NCBI GenBank assembly: GCA_007135105.1
Contig: SLJL01000008.1
Span: forward strand, 26,736-90,735
Origin: Candidatus Izemoplasma sp.
Lineage (GTDB): Bacteria; Bacillota_I; Bacilli_A; Izemoplasmatales; Izemoplasmataceae
DNA: 64,000 nucleotides
Reading direction: 5' to 3'
The position numbers and the translations under genes were made by a program. Under the pieces are notes generated by a model. It ran no database searches. It worked only from the letters and a program-made list of their open reading frames with translations, and was not told the DNA's origin. Positions 21,212-31,069 of the stretch are shown piece after piece (positions within the stretch are counted from its first letter, which is position 1; the number at the start of each line of letters is the position of its first letter).

Positions 21212-23146
21212 CTAGCTGACATGGTCTCCGGCGTTCAGTCCCTGCACGGTCAATACTTCGAGTTTTTTCTTGTTAGAGCCCGCCAGTAACATGCCTTCGC
21301 TTCTTTCACCACGTAAGGTGACCGGCTCCAGATTCACGATGACAACGACTTTTCTTCCTTTGAGGGATTCAGGGGTGTAGTCCTTCGCGATGCCGGCGAC
21401 GATCTGACGTGGTTCCTTTTCGCCCGCATCGACACTTAATACAAGCAGCTTATCAGCGTTGGGATGGTATTTGGCGTTTAGAATTTCAGCGATGCGTAAA
21501 TCGAGTTTGTTGAAATCGTCCAGCGTTGCAAGATTGGTCTCGTCTACGGGTTCGATGTCCTCGTCTTCTTCACCGCGGATGATGCCTTTGAGTCTTTCTG
21601 TTTCTTTTTCACTATCCAGCCTCGGGAACAGCGGATTTGGTTTTGCGACCACATCGAAGGTCTTACCGGCTCCGAACTCTAGGGATTCCCAAGTTTGTAG
21701 GCGTTCCAGGACACCGAGCTGTTTGAACAAGGCTTGACTGGCATCGGGTAGGATCGGAGTTAGAAGAATGCCGATATGACGCAATGATTCGGCGAGATGA
21801 TACATGACGTTTTCGAGATCATCCTTCTTATCTTCCGATTTGGCCAGAATCCAAGGGGTGGTTTCATCGATGTACTTATTCGTGCGGGAAATCAGTGACC
21901 ATAAGGATTTAATGGCTTCGCTGACTTTGAAGGAGTCCATCGATTCCTTGTATTGCAGAATGGTTTCATCAAGATGTTTTTCTAGTGCCGCGTCCGCTTC
22001 ATGTGTGAAATCGGGATTACGGTTGATCGTGCCGTCAAAATACTTGTTGATCATGGAAATGGTCCGATTGAGCAGGTTACCGAAGTCGTTGGCCAAGTCG
22101 TAATTGATTCTTTCGATAAACGATTCGGGTGTAAAGATGCCATCACCGGCATAGGGCAACTCTCTTAGGAGAAAATAGCGAAGTTCGTCCAGACCGTAAT
22201 GGTTGATGATGGTATCGGGGTAGACCACACTGCCTTTGGATTTGCTCATCTTGCCTTCTTTGGCCTGATAGAAACCGTGGGCATGTAGTCTGAAATTGAC
22301 CGGGATGTCAAGTGCCATCAGTAATATCGGCCAGTAGATGGCGTGGAAACGGAGGATGTCTTTTCCGGTGACATGCACAACTTCGTCACCGTGCCAATAT
22401 TTCTGGAACTTCTCATCGTTATCGGTGCCATAACCAAGGGCGCTGATATAGTTTGAAAGTGCATCGATCCATACATATACGACATGTTTGGGGTTGGAAA
22501 TGACTTTTATGCCCCAATCGAATGTCGTACGCGATACACTGAGATCGTTTAGTCCCTGTTTGATGAAGGAGACGACTTCATTCTTCCTGGTCTCAGGTGT
22601 GATGAAATCAGGATGTTCTTCAATGAAGTTGAGCAAGCGTTTTTGATATTTCGACAAGCGTAGGAAATAGGATTCTTCCTCTAGTTGTGAGGTTTCACGG
22701 CCGCAATCGGGACAGGTGTTGTTTTCCCCGAGTTGGGTGTCCGTGAAGAATGATTCGCAAGGCATGCAATAAAAGCCCTTATAGGTTCCTAGATAGATAT
22801 CTCCCTGTTCGATCAGTTGTTCAAAGATCTTTTGGACAACCGTTTTGTGTCGTTTCTCCGTAGTACGGATGAAATCGTCATAGGTGATATCAAGACGGTC
22901 CCATAATGCCCTTGTTTCCTTGGCCATCTCATCGACATGGTCAAGCGGATGCATATCGCGTTCTTCGGCGACGGTCTCGATCTTTTTGCCGTGCTCGTCC
23001 ATACCGGTCAAATAATAGGTGTCGAATCCTCGCAGGGCTTTGTATCGTTTGAGAGCGTCACAAAAGACTGTCGTGTAGGTGTTGCCGATATGCAGTTTTC
23101 CACTGGGGTAGTAGATGGGGGTGGTTATATAATATGTTTTGTTCAT
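21212..23146 (-). CDS. metG: Methionyl-tRNA synthetase with C-terminal tRNA-binding domain
   Basis: Start trimmed to ATG 23146 (MNKTYYITTPIYYPSGKLHIGN), preceded by GGGAG. Has a KMSKS motif, a zinc knuckle CPDCG and a C-terminal Trbp111-like domain (LDLRIAEILNAKYHPNADKLLVL). Confidence 0.96.
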   Translation of the reverse strand: MNKTYYITTPIYYPSGKLHIGNTYTTVFCDALKRYKALRGFDTYYLTGMDEHGKKIETVAEERDMHPLDHVDEMAKETRALWDRLDITYDDFIRTTEKRHKTVVQKIFEQLIEQGDIYLGTYKGFYCMPCESFFTDTQLGENNTCPDCGRETSQLEEESYFLRLSKYQKRLLNFIEEHPDFITPETRKNEVVSFIKQGLNDLSVSRTTFDWGIKVISNPKHVVYVWIDALSNYISALGYGTDNDEKFQKYWHGDEVVHVTGKDILRFHAIYWPILLMALDIPVNFRLHAHGFYQAKEGKMSKSKGSVVYPDTIINHYGLDELRYFLLRELPYAGDGIFTPESFIERINYDLANDFGNLLNRTISMINKYFDGTINRNPDFTHEADAALEKHLDETILQYKESMDSFKVSEAIKSLWSLISRTNKYIDETTPWILAKSEDKKDDLENVMYHLAESLRHIGILLTPILPDASQALFKQLGVLERLQTWESLEFGAGKTFDVVAKPNPLFPRLDSEKETERLKGIIRGEEDEDIEPVDETNLATLDDFNKLDLRIAEILNAKYHPNADKLLVLSVDAGEKEPRQIVAGIAKDYTPESLKGRKVVVIVNLEPVTLRGERSEGMLLAGSNKKKLEVLTVQGLNAGDHVS

Positions 23147-23150
23147 GGTA

Positions 23151-24020
23151 TCACTCCCGGTTGTCTGGTTCATCTGATTTTTTTTGGGTTTTATACGCCA
23201 TATATACTGTGTTTTTCTTGAGATTTCTCAGTTTGGCAACCATTTTGATGGCTTCCATTTCGCTCTTGCCATCGGCGATGAGCAATTGAACGTGCTCGAT
23301 CATGTCATGACTGGATAGTTCTTGTTGTTTCGCACCGTCAATGACAAGGACGATTTCGCCTTTGAGATCCGGAATCTTTTCGTGTTCGGATAAGGTGAAA
23401 TGAATGAATGATTCGTACCGCTTGGTCAGTTCTCTTGCGAGACAGGTTTGCCTGTTTCCAAGAACATCATAGAGTGTTGCCAGTGTCTTGTGAATGCGAT
23501 GGGGGCTCTCGAAGAAAATCAGTGTATGTGGTAAAGCGGAAAGATCCTTAAGCAGCTTCTCTTTAAGGTTTTTCTTACTTGGAAGAAAGCCGATGAAGGT
23601 AAAAGGGCTCGTTTGGAGATTCGAAGCGACTAGCGCGCTGATGATTGCGGTCGGTCCGGGAATGTTGCTGACGCCGAACCCCGCGTCTCTGACTTTTTTG
23701 ATGAGCGTTTCACCTGGATCGCTAATCAAGGGCGTCCCGGCATCGCTGATCAAAGCGATGTTGTCGCCTTCGCCCAGTAGGCGCACTATTTCTTCCTGTC
23801 TTTCTTGTTCGTTATGTTCGTGGTAGCTTCTGAGTTTTGTCGTGATGTTGTGATGTTTTAAAAGGACGCCACTGGTTCTGGTGTCTTCGGCGTAGATCAC
23901 ATCGACGGCATTCAATGTTTCAATGGCTCTCAGTGAAAAATCTTTGAGGTTGCCGATGGGGGTCGAGACCAGATACAGGACGGCTTTATCGTCTTGAAAG
24001 GTGGTCTGTGTATGCATCAC
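23151..24020 (-). CDS. rsmI: 16S rRNA (cytidine1402-2'-O)-methyltransferase
   Basis: 289-aa ORF with a tetrapyrrole-methylase-type fold. Starts LYLVSTPIGNLKD and contains ISDAGTPLISDPG. Confidence 0.9.
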   Translation of the reverse strand: MMHTQTTFQDDKAVLYLVSTPIGNLKDFSLRAIETLNAVDVIYAEDTRTSGVLLKHHNITTKLRSYHEHNEQERQEEIVRLLGEGDNIALISDAGTPLISDPGETLIKKVRDAGFGVSNIPGPTAIISALVASNLQTSPFTFIGFLPSKKNLKEKLLKDLSALPHTLIFFESPHRIHKTLATLYDVLGNRQTCLARELTKRYESFIHFTLSEHEKIPDLKGEIVLVIDGAKQQELSSHDMIEHVQLLIADGKSEMEAIKMVAKLRNLKKNTVYMAYKTQKKSDEPDNRE

Positions 24021-24041
24021 ATCACCTGCTTTCCTTGTTGT

Positions 24042-24905
24042 CTATGTATGGTTGTTTTTGCGTTGATCGTTTTTATTGTTCGTCACAAAGTCAAGCTGGT
24101 CGTATTCCTCGATACGGAGCAGGTCTTCCACTTTGAAATGTTTTGTCGTCTCCGGGAGATTGACTTTGACGGTACGCTCGAGAATGTTGGCGGCGATCAC
24201 TTGTCCTTTACCCTCCGGTGTTTCCACGCGGCTCATCATTTTCGGCATGCCTTCACGCATGTTGCTATAGGTATCGTCTTCGTAACGGATGCAACAAAGC
24301 AGTTTGCCACAAAGGCCGGATATGTTTGAAGGATTCAAGGAAAGGTTCTGGTTTTTGGCCATTTTGATGGAGACGGTTTCGAACTCGCCAAGAAAAGTGT
24401 TGCAACAAAGTAAATATCCGCATGGACCGATGCCACCAAGAAATTTTGCACCGTCGCGGGCGCCGACTTGTCTAAGTTCGATGCGTACTCTGAACTCGTT
24501 CGCCAAATCCTTGACGAGTTCCCGGAAATCAATACGGCCTTCAGCATTGAAGTAGATGATCAGTTTGCTGCGGTCCAGCGTGTATTCGGCTCCTAGAAGT
24601 TTCATATCCAAATCGTGCGTGGCAACATGTTTTTTGCACAGTTGCATGATATGTGGCAATTCTTCTTTGTTCCGGGCATCTTTATCGAGATCTTTTCGGG
24701 TCGCTTTGCGGATGATGGGTTTGAGTTGTGTGGAAAGTTCGTCGTCTTCGATGCTTTTATCACTTTCGATGACTTCACCAAGTTCCACACCTCTCACAGT
24801 TTCTACAACCACATAGTCGCCATTATCGAGCTCGATGCCGTTTGGTGAGAAATAGTATTTTTTACCGGCTTCCTTAAAACGGACACCGATGACTTCATTC
24901 TTCAT
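24042..24905 (-). CDS. ricT: PSP1-domain protein (YaaT/RicT family)
   Basis: Start trimmed to ATG 24905, 6 nt after AAAGAGGTG (the ORF-track start is a TTG). Has the Cys-rich PSP1 segment GGIGPCGYLLCCNTFL...GLCGKLLCCIRYE. Lies downstream of holB, as in Bacillus. Confidence 0.88.
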   Translation of the reverse strand: MKNEVIGVRFKEAGKKYYFSPNGIELDNGDYVVVETVRGVELGEVIESDKSIEDDELSTQLKPIIRKATRKDLDKDARNKEELPHIMQLCKKHVATHDLDMKLLGAEYTLDRSKLIIYFNAEGRIDFRELVKDLANEFRVRIELRQVGARDGAKFLGGIGPCGYLLCCNTFLGEFETVSIKMAKNQNLSLNPSNISGLCGKLLCCIRYEDDTYSNMREGMPKMMSRVETPEGKGQVIAANILERTVKVNLPETTKHFKVEDLLRIEEYDQLDFVTNNKNDQRKNNHT

Positions 24906-25887
24906 TGGAAACACCTCTTTCAAGTGCCAGCATCAAATTGTCAAACGCCAAGCGCATGTTTATGAACTGATTCTTACGTGTATTCAGAACTAACAATCGC
25001 TCCAGGATGTCGGTTAAAGCGGATAAGGACATGCGAGAAGCGATGGATTCAATCGTGTTGATGTCTTCAGCAAAAATCACTTGGTGTCGATTGTTTATTT
25101 TATCATAAATCAGATCTTTATGGTAGTGGGTAAAGATGTCGAGCAAAGTTTCGGTTTGATTTTTATCGTTCAAAAATGCATCGCAGTGCTTTTGGAAAAC
25201 CAGCAAAGGCGACTTGTCTTCAAGCAGACTTTCATATACCGTCTTGACCCCGTCATAGATGAGATCCAAGTCCGACTCGTTCAATCCTTGTTCGGCATCT
25301 TGAACCGTTGGATAGATTCTTGAACCGAGACGGCTTTGCCATTGCGGATATCCTTGATTGAGCAAAGCTTTTTCTATGGCGGTTTCCGGCAATTTGTGGA
25401 AATGAATCATCTGGCTTCTCGAGCGGATGGTCGGTAGCAGTTTTCCACTGTCTGTCGTGATGAGGATGCCATAGATATTCATGTGTGGCTCCTCCAGGAA
25501 TTTCAGCAAGGTATTTTGGGCGTGGACATTCATGGTCTCCGCAGCTTCGATAATATATATTTTCGCACCGGCTTCTAAGGAAGTTTTGGAAAACTCTCTT
25601 TGCAGATTCAAGATATCGTCTTTGACGATCATCGTCTTTTCTGGTTGGACGATATAAAGGTTGGGGTGGGTTCTATGAATAACTCTTTTGCAATTATGAC
25701 ATTCATAACATGGTTTATCCTCAGCTTGACAAAGATGTTTTGCAGCAAAAAAAAGTGCCGCGTCAAGCTTCATGGTCCCAGCGTCACCTTCGAAGATATA
25801 CGCATGTGATAAACGCGTTTTTCTAAACGCGTTATCGATGGTTTGGAATGCTTCGTTTTGCGCAGTCTTCAACGTGTTAATGTCCAT
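24895..25887 (-). CDS. holB: DNA polymerase III subunit delta prime
   Basis: 330-aa ORF starting LSHAYIFEGDAGT, with zinc module CQAEDKPCYECHNC and clamp-loader motif TIRSRSQ. tmk-holB synteny. Confidence 0.88.
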   Translation of the reverse strand: MDINTLKTAQNEAFQTIDNAFRKTRLSHAYIFEGDAGTMKLDAALFFAAKHLCQAEDKPCYECHNCKRVIHRTHPNLYIVQPEKTMIVKDDILNLQREFSKTSLEAGAKIYIIEAAETMNVHAQNTLLKFLEEPHMNIYGILITTDSGKLLPTIRSRSQMIHFHKLPETAIEKALLNQGYPQWQSRLGSRIYPTVQDAEQGLNESDLDLIYDGVKTVYESLLEDKSPLLVFQKHCDAFLNDKNQTETLLDIFTHYHKDLIYDKINNRHQVIFAEDINTIESIASRMSLSALTDILERLLVLNTRKNQFINMRLAFDNLMLALERGVSNEE

Positions 25888-25897
25888 GAAATCACCT

Positions 25898-26518
25898 TCA
25901 TCTCAATGAATTTATCAGGGTAAGCGTATCTTTGATGACAGCTTCGATTGATTGCGTTCCATCGACTACTTTTATGCGTTCTGGATACTTCTTTATCAAC
26001 GCTTTGTACCCCTCATATACCCGGTTATGGAACTGGATGCTTTCCAGATCGAGTCTATCGACATCACGGTGATTGGAAAAAACGCGGTTAAGGCCAACGG
26101 ATGGCGGGATGTCGATGAATATTGTCATATCCGGCATCTTGGATTCAATGGCAAATTCGTTGACGGCCAGAACCGTGTCTAGACCGAGTTTACGACCGAA
26201 TCCTTGATAGGCTAGGGAGGAATCGATAAAACGGTCACAGAGGACGACCTGACCTTTTTTGAGTGCCGGCCAGATAACTTCTACGATGTGTTGTCTTCGG
26301 GCGGCAGCATAAAGCAAAGCTTCGGTTCTTTCATCCATTTCCGTATTTTTCACATCCAGGATGATATCGCGAATTTTTTCGCTAATGTTAATACCACCAG
26401 GTTCTCTGGTGGCGATCACATCTATACCTTCATTTTGCATCGTTTCAAGTACGGTTTTCATAATGGTGCTTTTGCCAGAGCCTTCAGGCCCTTCAAAGGT
26501 GATAAATTTCTGTTTCAC
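25898..26518 (-). CDS. tmk: Thymidylate kinase
   Basis: 206-aa ORF with a GTG start, P-loop FEGPEGSGKST and a DRFIDSSLAYQG motif. Confidence 0.95.
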   Translation of the reverse strand: MKQKFITFEGPEGSGKSTIMKTVLETMQNEGIDVIATREPGGINISEKIRDIILDVKNTEMDERTEALLYAAARRQHIVEVIWPALKKGQVVLCDRFIDSSLAYQGFGRKLGLDTVLAVNEFAIESKMPDMTIFIDIPPSVGLNRVFSNHRDVDRLDLESIQFHNRVYEGYKALIKKYPERIKVVDGTQSIEAVIKDTLTLINSLR

Positions 26519-26645
26519 GTGCTGTCACTCCTCTGTAGGTTGTTTCTCATATTATCGCATATTTTTACGTCTTTTTGAATATCTAATTCATGTTTGGCCG
26601 ATTTAATGTGATATAATGTAATTTAGTAAACAGGAGGATGAAATC

Positions 26646-27314
26646 ATGCGGATTAAAGTGGATAACCTCTCATTCGGGTATGATTATCGAACTGTACTTA
26701 AAAATGTCACCTTTTCATTGGAGAGTGGCGATTTTTTAGTCATCGTCGGTAATAACGGTAGCGGTAAGTCCACACTCATCAAATGCTTGCTCGGGATTAA
26801 TCGTGTGCCTGATGATAAGATTTTTATCGACGACATCGAAATCCACGACTATCGTCAATGGATAAACATCGGTTATGTACCGCAGAAATTCGATGATTTC
26901 AACTATGAGTTTCCGATTACGGTTAATGAAATCTTGACTGTATCAAAGCTGACAAAGATAGATGAAGATCAGAAGTTGTCCATTCTCGATAGAATCGGTA
27001 TTCTTGAATTGCAAAACGAAAACATCAATAGCCTATCGGGCGGTCAGTTGCAGCGTGTATTTATCGCTAGAGCGTTGATGAACGGTCCTAAACTCCTGGT
27101 TCTGGATGAACCCACAGCCGGGGTCGATAGTGAAAATATCGACAATTTTTATCGTATGGTCAATGATCTGAATGCCGAGGGTGTCACCATTATTCTGATT
27201 TCCCATGATGTTAAAACAACAAAGGCCAATTTCTCTCATATCATGCATCTGGAAAACGGTAAAGCGGAATTGACACATGTATGTGAGATCGATTTCGGGG
27301 GTGATGCCTCGTGA
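26646..27314 (+). CDS. Metal (Zn/Mn-type) ABC transporter ATP-binding protein
   Basis: 222-aa ORF with RBS AGGAGG, Walker A GNNGSGKST, signature LSGGQLQRV and Walker B LLVLDEPTAGVD. Paired with an ABC-3 permease. Confidence 0.85.
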   Translation: MRIKVDNLSFGYDYRTVLKNVTFSLESGDFLVIVGNNGSGKSTLIKCLLGINRVPDDKIFIDDIEIHDYRQWINIGYVPQKFDDFNYEFPITVNEILTVSKLTKIDEDQKLSILDRIGILELQNENINSLSGGQLQRVFIARALMNGPKLLVLDEPTAGVDSENIDNFYRMVNDLNAEGVTIILISHDVKTTKANFSHIMHLENGKAELTHVCEIDFGGDAS

Positions 27315-28219
27315 TTGATCAAATCACAGAACCACTATTGCTTTCGATGAGTTTCATCCGGGCACTGTTTGAAAGAACCTTCATGCAGCGGGCATTGATA
27401 ACCGGAATTCTCGTGGGTTTTTTAGCCCCTTTGATTGGTTCTTTCGTGGTGATAAAACGTCTGAGCATGATTGCCGACACCTTATCCCATTTTACACTCG
27501 CAGGCCTTTCAATCGGTCTTTTCCTACTGAATATCATCGGACTTCCGATTGGTGATCCTCTCTATATCGGGATGATTTTCGCCGTATCGGGTGCACTCTT
27601 GATTGAAGCGTTACGAAGTTACTACCGGAACTATAAGGAAATTTCAATGCCGATCGTCATCAGTCTCGGTACAGCCTTGAGTGCTTTGTTCATTTCTCTG
27701 AGCGGTGGATTTACCTCCACTGTCTACAATTACCTTTTCGGTAGCATTTTGACAGTCAGCCGACAGTTTATATACATTATTACGATAACGACGTTCATTG
27801 TTATCTTGTTGATTGTCTCTTTTTACAAAAAAATCGTCATCGTCAGTTTTGATGAATCCTATGCGCGTCTGCTTGGCATCAATGTCAAGGTTTTCCAGTT
27901 CGTGACCACGATTATCCTAGGGTTGGTCATCGCACTTGCGATAGAAACTGTCGGCGTTTTGCTTGTTTCCAGCTTGATGATCATTCCGGTCGCGGCAGCC
28001 ATGAAAATCGGTCGAAGTTTTAAAAACACCCTGATTATCGCAATCTTGTTCAGCGAGGCTTCTGTCATTCTCGGGTTGTGGTTATCCTATGTGGCCGGTA
28101 TTCCTTCTGGGGCGACCATTGTCCTATTCAACATCTCCATTTTGATTCTGGTTGTGATTTTCAAGAAATTATTCAGCATTCAGCGTGTTCGCAATAAACA
28201 AGAGGCAGATGTATATTAA
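27311..28219 (+). CDS. Metal ABC transporter permease (ABC-3 / ZnuB-MntB family)
   Basis: 302-aa polytopic membrane ORF with a GTG start overlapping the ATPase stop. Hydrophobic pattern and length are typical of ABC-3 permeases. Confidence 0.8.
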   Translation: MIDQITEPLLLSMSFIRALFERTFMQRALITGILVGFLAPLIGSFVVIKRLSMIADTLSHFTLAGLSIGLFLLNIIGLPIGDPLYIGMIFAVSGALLIEALRSYYRNYKEISMPIVISLGTALSALFISLSGGFTSTVYNYLFGSILTVSRQFIYIITITTFIVILLIVSFYKKIVIVSFDESYARLLGINVKVFQFVTTIILGLVIALAIETVGVLLVSSLMIIPVAAAMKIGRSFKNTLIIAILFSEASVILGLWLSYVAGIPSGATIVLFNISILILVVIFKKLFSIQRVRNKQEADVY

Positions 28220-28223
28220 TTAT

Positions 28224-28250
28224 AAAGCCAATCCTCAGATTGGCTTTTTT
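28224..28250. terminator. Bidirectional hairpin terminator between the ABC permease (+) and truA (-)
   Basis: Stem AAAGCCAATC (28224..28233) / GATTGGCTTT (28238..28247) with loop CTCA. A T-run follows on the plus strand and a weaker U-tract on the minus strand. Confidence 0.8.
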
Positions 28251-29244
28251 AATATGCAATTTGTTTGAGATATAGACCGTTTGCGGGTGCAACGTGTTTA
28301 ATCGCGTTTTTGTCCGGAGTATCAAGAGCCTGTTTTACCAATTGCGTGCCATAGAAGTAATCGTTGAGGGCATTACCGATGATGATGCGCATCATATAGC
28401 GTAAAAAACCATCCGCGGTAATTTCAATGTATGTCGTGGTTTTTTCCTGATTGATCTTGATGTTCTTTATCGTTCTAACAGTGTTCTTTTCGGCATCGTA
28501 TTTGGAAAAACTCTGAAAGTCATGGGTTCCGATCAGTGGTTCTAGAATTTTCTTTAGCACAGAGATTTCCAAAGGCTTGGTGTAATGCGTATGATGGTGC
28601 TCGAAGGAATCCTTAATATGGCAAATCCGATATTGATAGGTTTTTTGCAAGACATCGAAACGGGCGTGAAATACTGGCGGTACAGTATGCAAATCCTTAA
28701 TGAGGATGTCGTTTGGCAACATCTCGTTCATCAAGGAAACAAGTCGTGCGGGTTCCAGCTTGATATCCGCGTCGAAATGGGCGGTCTGAGATAAAGCGTG
28801 CACACCTTTATCGGTTCGACCGGATGCTTGTATCAACACAGGGTCAGAAGCGAAATGGTCAAGCACCGATTCAATGGTCTTCTGGATGGTGTTTGATGTT
28901 TTCGATTGTCTTTGGAAACCCAGATAGGCTGTTCCGTCGTAAGCGAAATCCATGCGATATCGTTGCGAAGAAGCATGTTGTTCTTCCATTACCATTGAAA
29001 CTATGTGGTCATCACTCAGATTAAGTTTTAAGTAGTGTTTCGGTGGAAAGAAGATGATATTTAGGGATTCATAGTGGCTTTCAGTGGTTGATTCTGCTGG
29101 CATGAAGGGTTTTAAAGCTTGCAACATGTCTGATGGATCCACCAGGATTTCTTTATCTTGCGTGCGGAATCGTTCACATGTCTTCAACGCAGAACGCAAG
29201 GTCTTCTCGTCTCCATTTTTCAACGCTTCTATAAAAACGCGCAT
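28249..29244 (-). CDS. truA: tRNA pseudouridine(38-40) synthase TruA with an N-terminal extension of about 94 aa
   Basis: The TruA core begins near RYRMDFAYDGTAYLGFQRQ and includes the catalytic GRTDKGVHA. ATG 29244 overlaps the ecfT stop (TGATG). A GTG lies 3 nt upstream. Confidence 0.9.
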   Translation of the reverse strand: MRVFIEALKNGDEKTLRSALKTCERFRTQDKEILVDPSDMLQALKPFMPAESTTESHYESLNIIFFPPKHYLKLNLSDDHIVSMVMEEQHASSQRYRMDFAYDGTAYLGFQRQSKTSNTIQKTIESVLDHFASDPVLIQASGRTDKGVHALSQTAHFDADIKLEPARLVSLMNEMLPNDILIKDLHTVPPVFHARFDVLQKTYQYRICHIKDSFEHHHTHYTKPLEISVLKKILEPLIGTHDFQSFSKYDAEKNTVRTIKNIKINQEKTTTYIEITADGFLRYMMRIIIGNALNDYFYGTQLVKQALDTPDKNAIKHVAPANGLYLKQIAY

Positions 29245-30209
29245 CACAGAAGCACCCTTGAGAGAATGGCGGTGACGAGCAAAAGGAAGCTAAGTGCGAG
29301 AACGCAACTATCCAGTCGTTTCCATGTTAAGACGTGTAGCCGGGTTCGGGGTCTTCCCGGTGCGAATGACCGTGCCTCCATAGCGTTTGCCAAGTCATCA
29401 CTACGTTTAAAGGAAATGATGAACATCGGCACGAGCAAAGAGACGATCTGAACGACTTTTTCTTTCATCTTCCCTTCCTCGAAATCCACACCGCGCGAGG
29501 CTTGAGCCAACATGATTTTGTTGGCTTCATCCAAAAGTGTTGGTATATAGCGCAGAGAAATTGATATGATCATGGCGATTTCCTCTGCGTTGATGCGCAG
29601 GATTTTCAAAGGAGCCAGAATCTGTTCAAGTCCCAAATTCAGATCCGTCGGCTTTGTGGTCATGGTCAACATCGTCGATAGTGTCACGATGATGATCAGA
29701 CGTAACATGATGAAAAGCGCCATGAAAAGACCTTCCTCGTATACGGCAAATCTGCCGGTGGCGAAAGTTCCCGGGAAAAGCGTCAATGAAAGTACGGTTC
29801 CGATGGCAAGCAGGGTCATGAGGAAGTATAAAAGACGAAACTTGATGAATCGTTTGGTAAAGAACCAGAATATACCGATGGCGGCTGCCAGTGCGATTGA
29901 TACCGGAGAATAATAAAGGGTTTCTTCGAATAGTAGCTCCCCGTGTCTATTGAAGATGATTTGAAATGTGAAGGTGAATATTAACAGGAACAATAAGGGC
30001 CTTAACCCCAAATAGATTCGTTTGATGCTGATTTTTCCGAGCAGTAGCACGAGAAAAATGATGGCGATGGCATAGACCATATGCATGATGTGATCGATGA
30101 CGAATACGCCGATCATGAGAATCAATAGCGCCAGGATTTTCGTGCGGGGGTCCAATGAATAAAGGAAACTGTTGCCGGGGATATAACGACCGATGACGAT
30201 GTTTTTCAT
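29244..30209 (-). CDS. ecfT: ECF transporter transmembrane (T) component
   Basis: 321-aa polytopic ORF with the conserved EcfT Arg motifs (ASRGVDFE and AMEARSF). Follows two ecfA genes. Confidence 0.9.
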   Translation of the reverse strand: MKNIVIGRYIPGNSFLYSLDPRTKILALLILMIGVFVIDHIMHMVYAIAIIFLVLLLGKISIKRIYLGLRPLLFLLIFTFTFQIIFNRHGELLFEETLYYSPVSIALAAAIGIFWFFTKRFIKFRLLYFLMTLLAIGTVLSLTLFPGTFATGRFAVYEEGLFMALFIMLRLIIIVTLSTMLTMTTKPTDLNLGLEQILAPLKILRINAEEIAMIISISLRYIPTLLDEANKIMLAQASRGVDFEEGKMKEKVVQIVSLLVPMFIISFKRSDDLANAMEARSFAPGRPRTRLHVLTWKRLDSCVLALSFLLLVTAILSRVLL

Positions 30210-31069
30210 TTCAACATCCCCTCCAACGCTTTGAACAAAGCTTTTCTACTGCGGGGAGGTTCAGTGAACTTGTAGTCGAATTTCGCTTCCAGATCACGGG
30301 TAAGACCCAAGATGTCAGGAACATCGAGATTCCAGCGGTCAATATTCGATTTGGAAAACAATGCAACGGGATCCCCATCATAAACGAGTACGCCTTCGCG
30401 CATGACCATGACCCTTTTGGCATACTCATACACGGTGTTCATGTCGTGGGTGATGATGATGACGGTCTTATCCAGTTCGGTGTGAATGTTGTAAAATACG
30501 TCCAGTAGCGCATTGCGCCCGATGGGATCAAGACCGCTTGTGGGTTCATCAAGAATGAGAATTTCAGGTTCCATCGCCAAAATGCCGGCGATGGACACGC
30601 GTTTTTTCTCACCGCCGCTCAAATTGAAGGGACTGCGTTTCAGATAGGAGGCATCCAAGCCGACAACTTCGATCATCTTTTCAGCACGTTTAGCCGCTTC
30701 TTCAGTGGAAACACCGAAATTTTTCGGGCCGAACATGATGTCTTTTTCCACCGTTTCCTCAAACAGTTGATATTCGGGGAATTGAAAAACCAGACCGACT
30801 TGTTTGCGGATGGGATTCAGTTTTATTTTACGTTGTTTCTTCGTTTTATCATCCACGGTGATACCGAAGATATGAACCCTGCCTTCTGTCGGCTGTAAAA
30901 GAGCGTTCATATGCTGGGCAAGAGTGCTTTTACCACTGCCTGTTTCGCCGATCAAAGTTATGAATTCACCTGTTTTGTTAATCGATAGATTGATGTCTGC
31001 CAGTGCAAGATACCCCTTGTTATCCATACTGGTATACTGGAAACTTACGCGTTCAAACTTGATTGCCAT
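30206..31069 (-). CDS. ecfA2: ECF transporter ATPase component A2
   Basis: 287-aa ABC ATPase with Walker A GETGSGKST, signature LSGGEKKRV and Walker B ILILDEPTSGLD. Confidence 0.92.
   Translation of the reverse strand: MAIKFERVSFQYTSMDNKGYLALADINLSINKTGEFITLIGETGSGKSTLAQHMNALLQPTEGRVHIFGITVDDKTKKQRKIKLNPIRKQVGLVFQFPEYQLFEETVEKDIMFGPKNFGVSTEEAAKRAEKMIEVVGLDASYLKRSPFNLSGGEKKRVSIAGILAMEPEILILDEPTSGLDPIGRNALLDVFYNIHTELDKTVIIITHDMNTVYEYAKRVMVMREGVLVYDGDPVALFSKSNIDRWNLDVPDILGLTRDLEAKFDYKFTEPPRSRKALFKALEGMLK

Noticed and set aside
26511-26526. A parS-like sequence, TGTTTCACGTGctgtc, at the tmk start.
   Set aside because: Only the first 11 of 16 positions match the TGTTNCACGTGAAACA palindrome. The second half-site is absent, and the match overlaps a coding start and RBS region.
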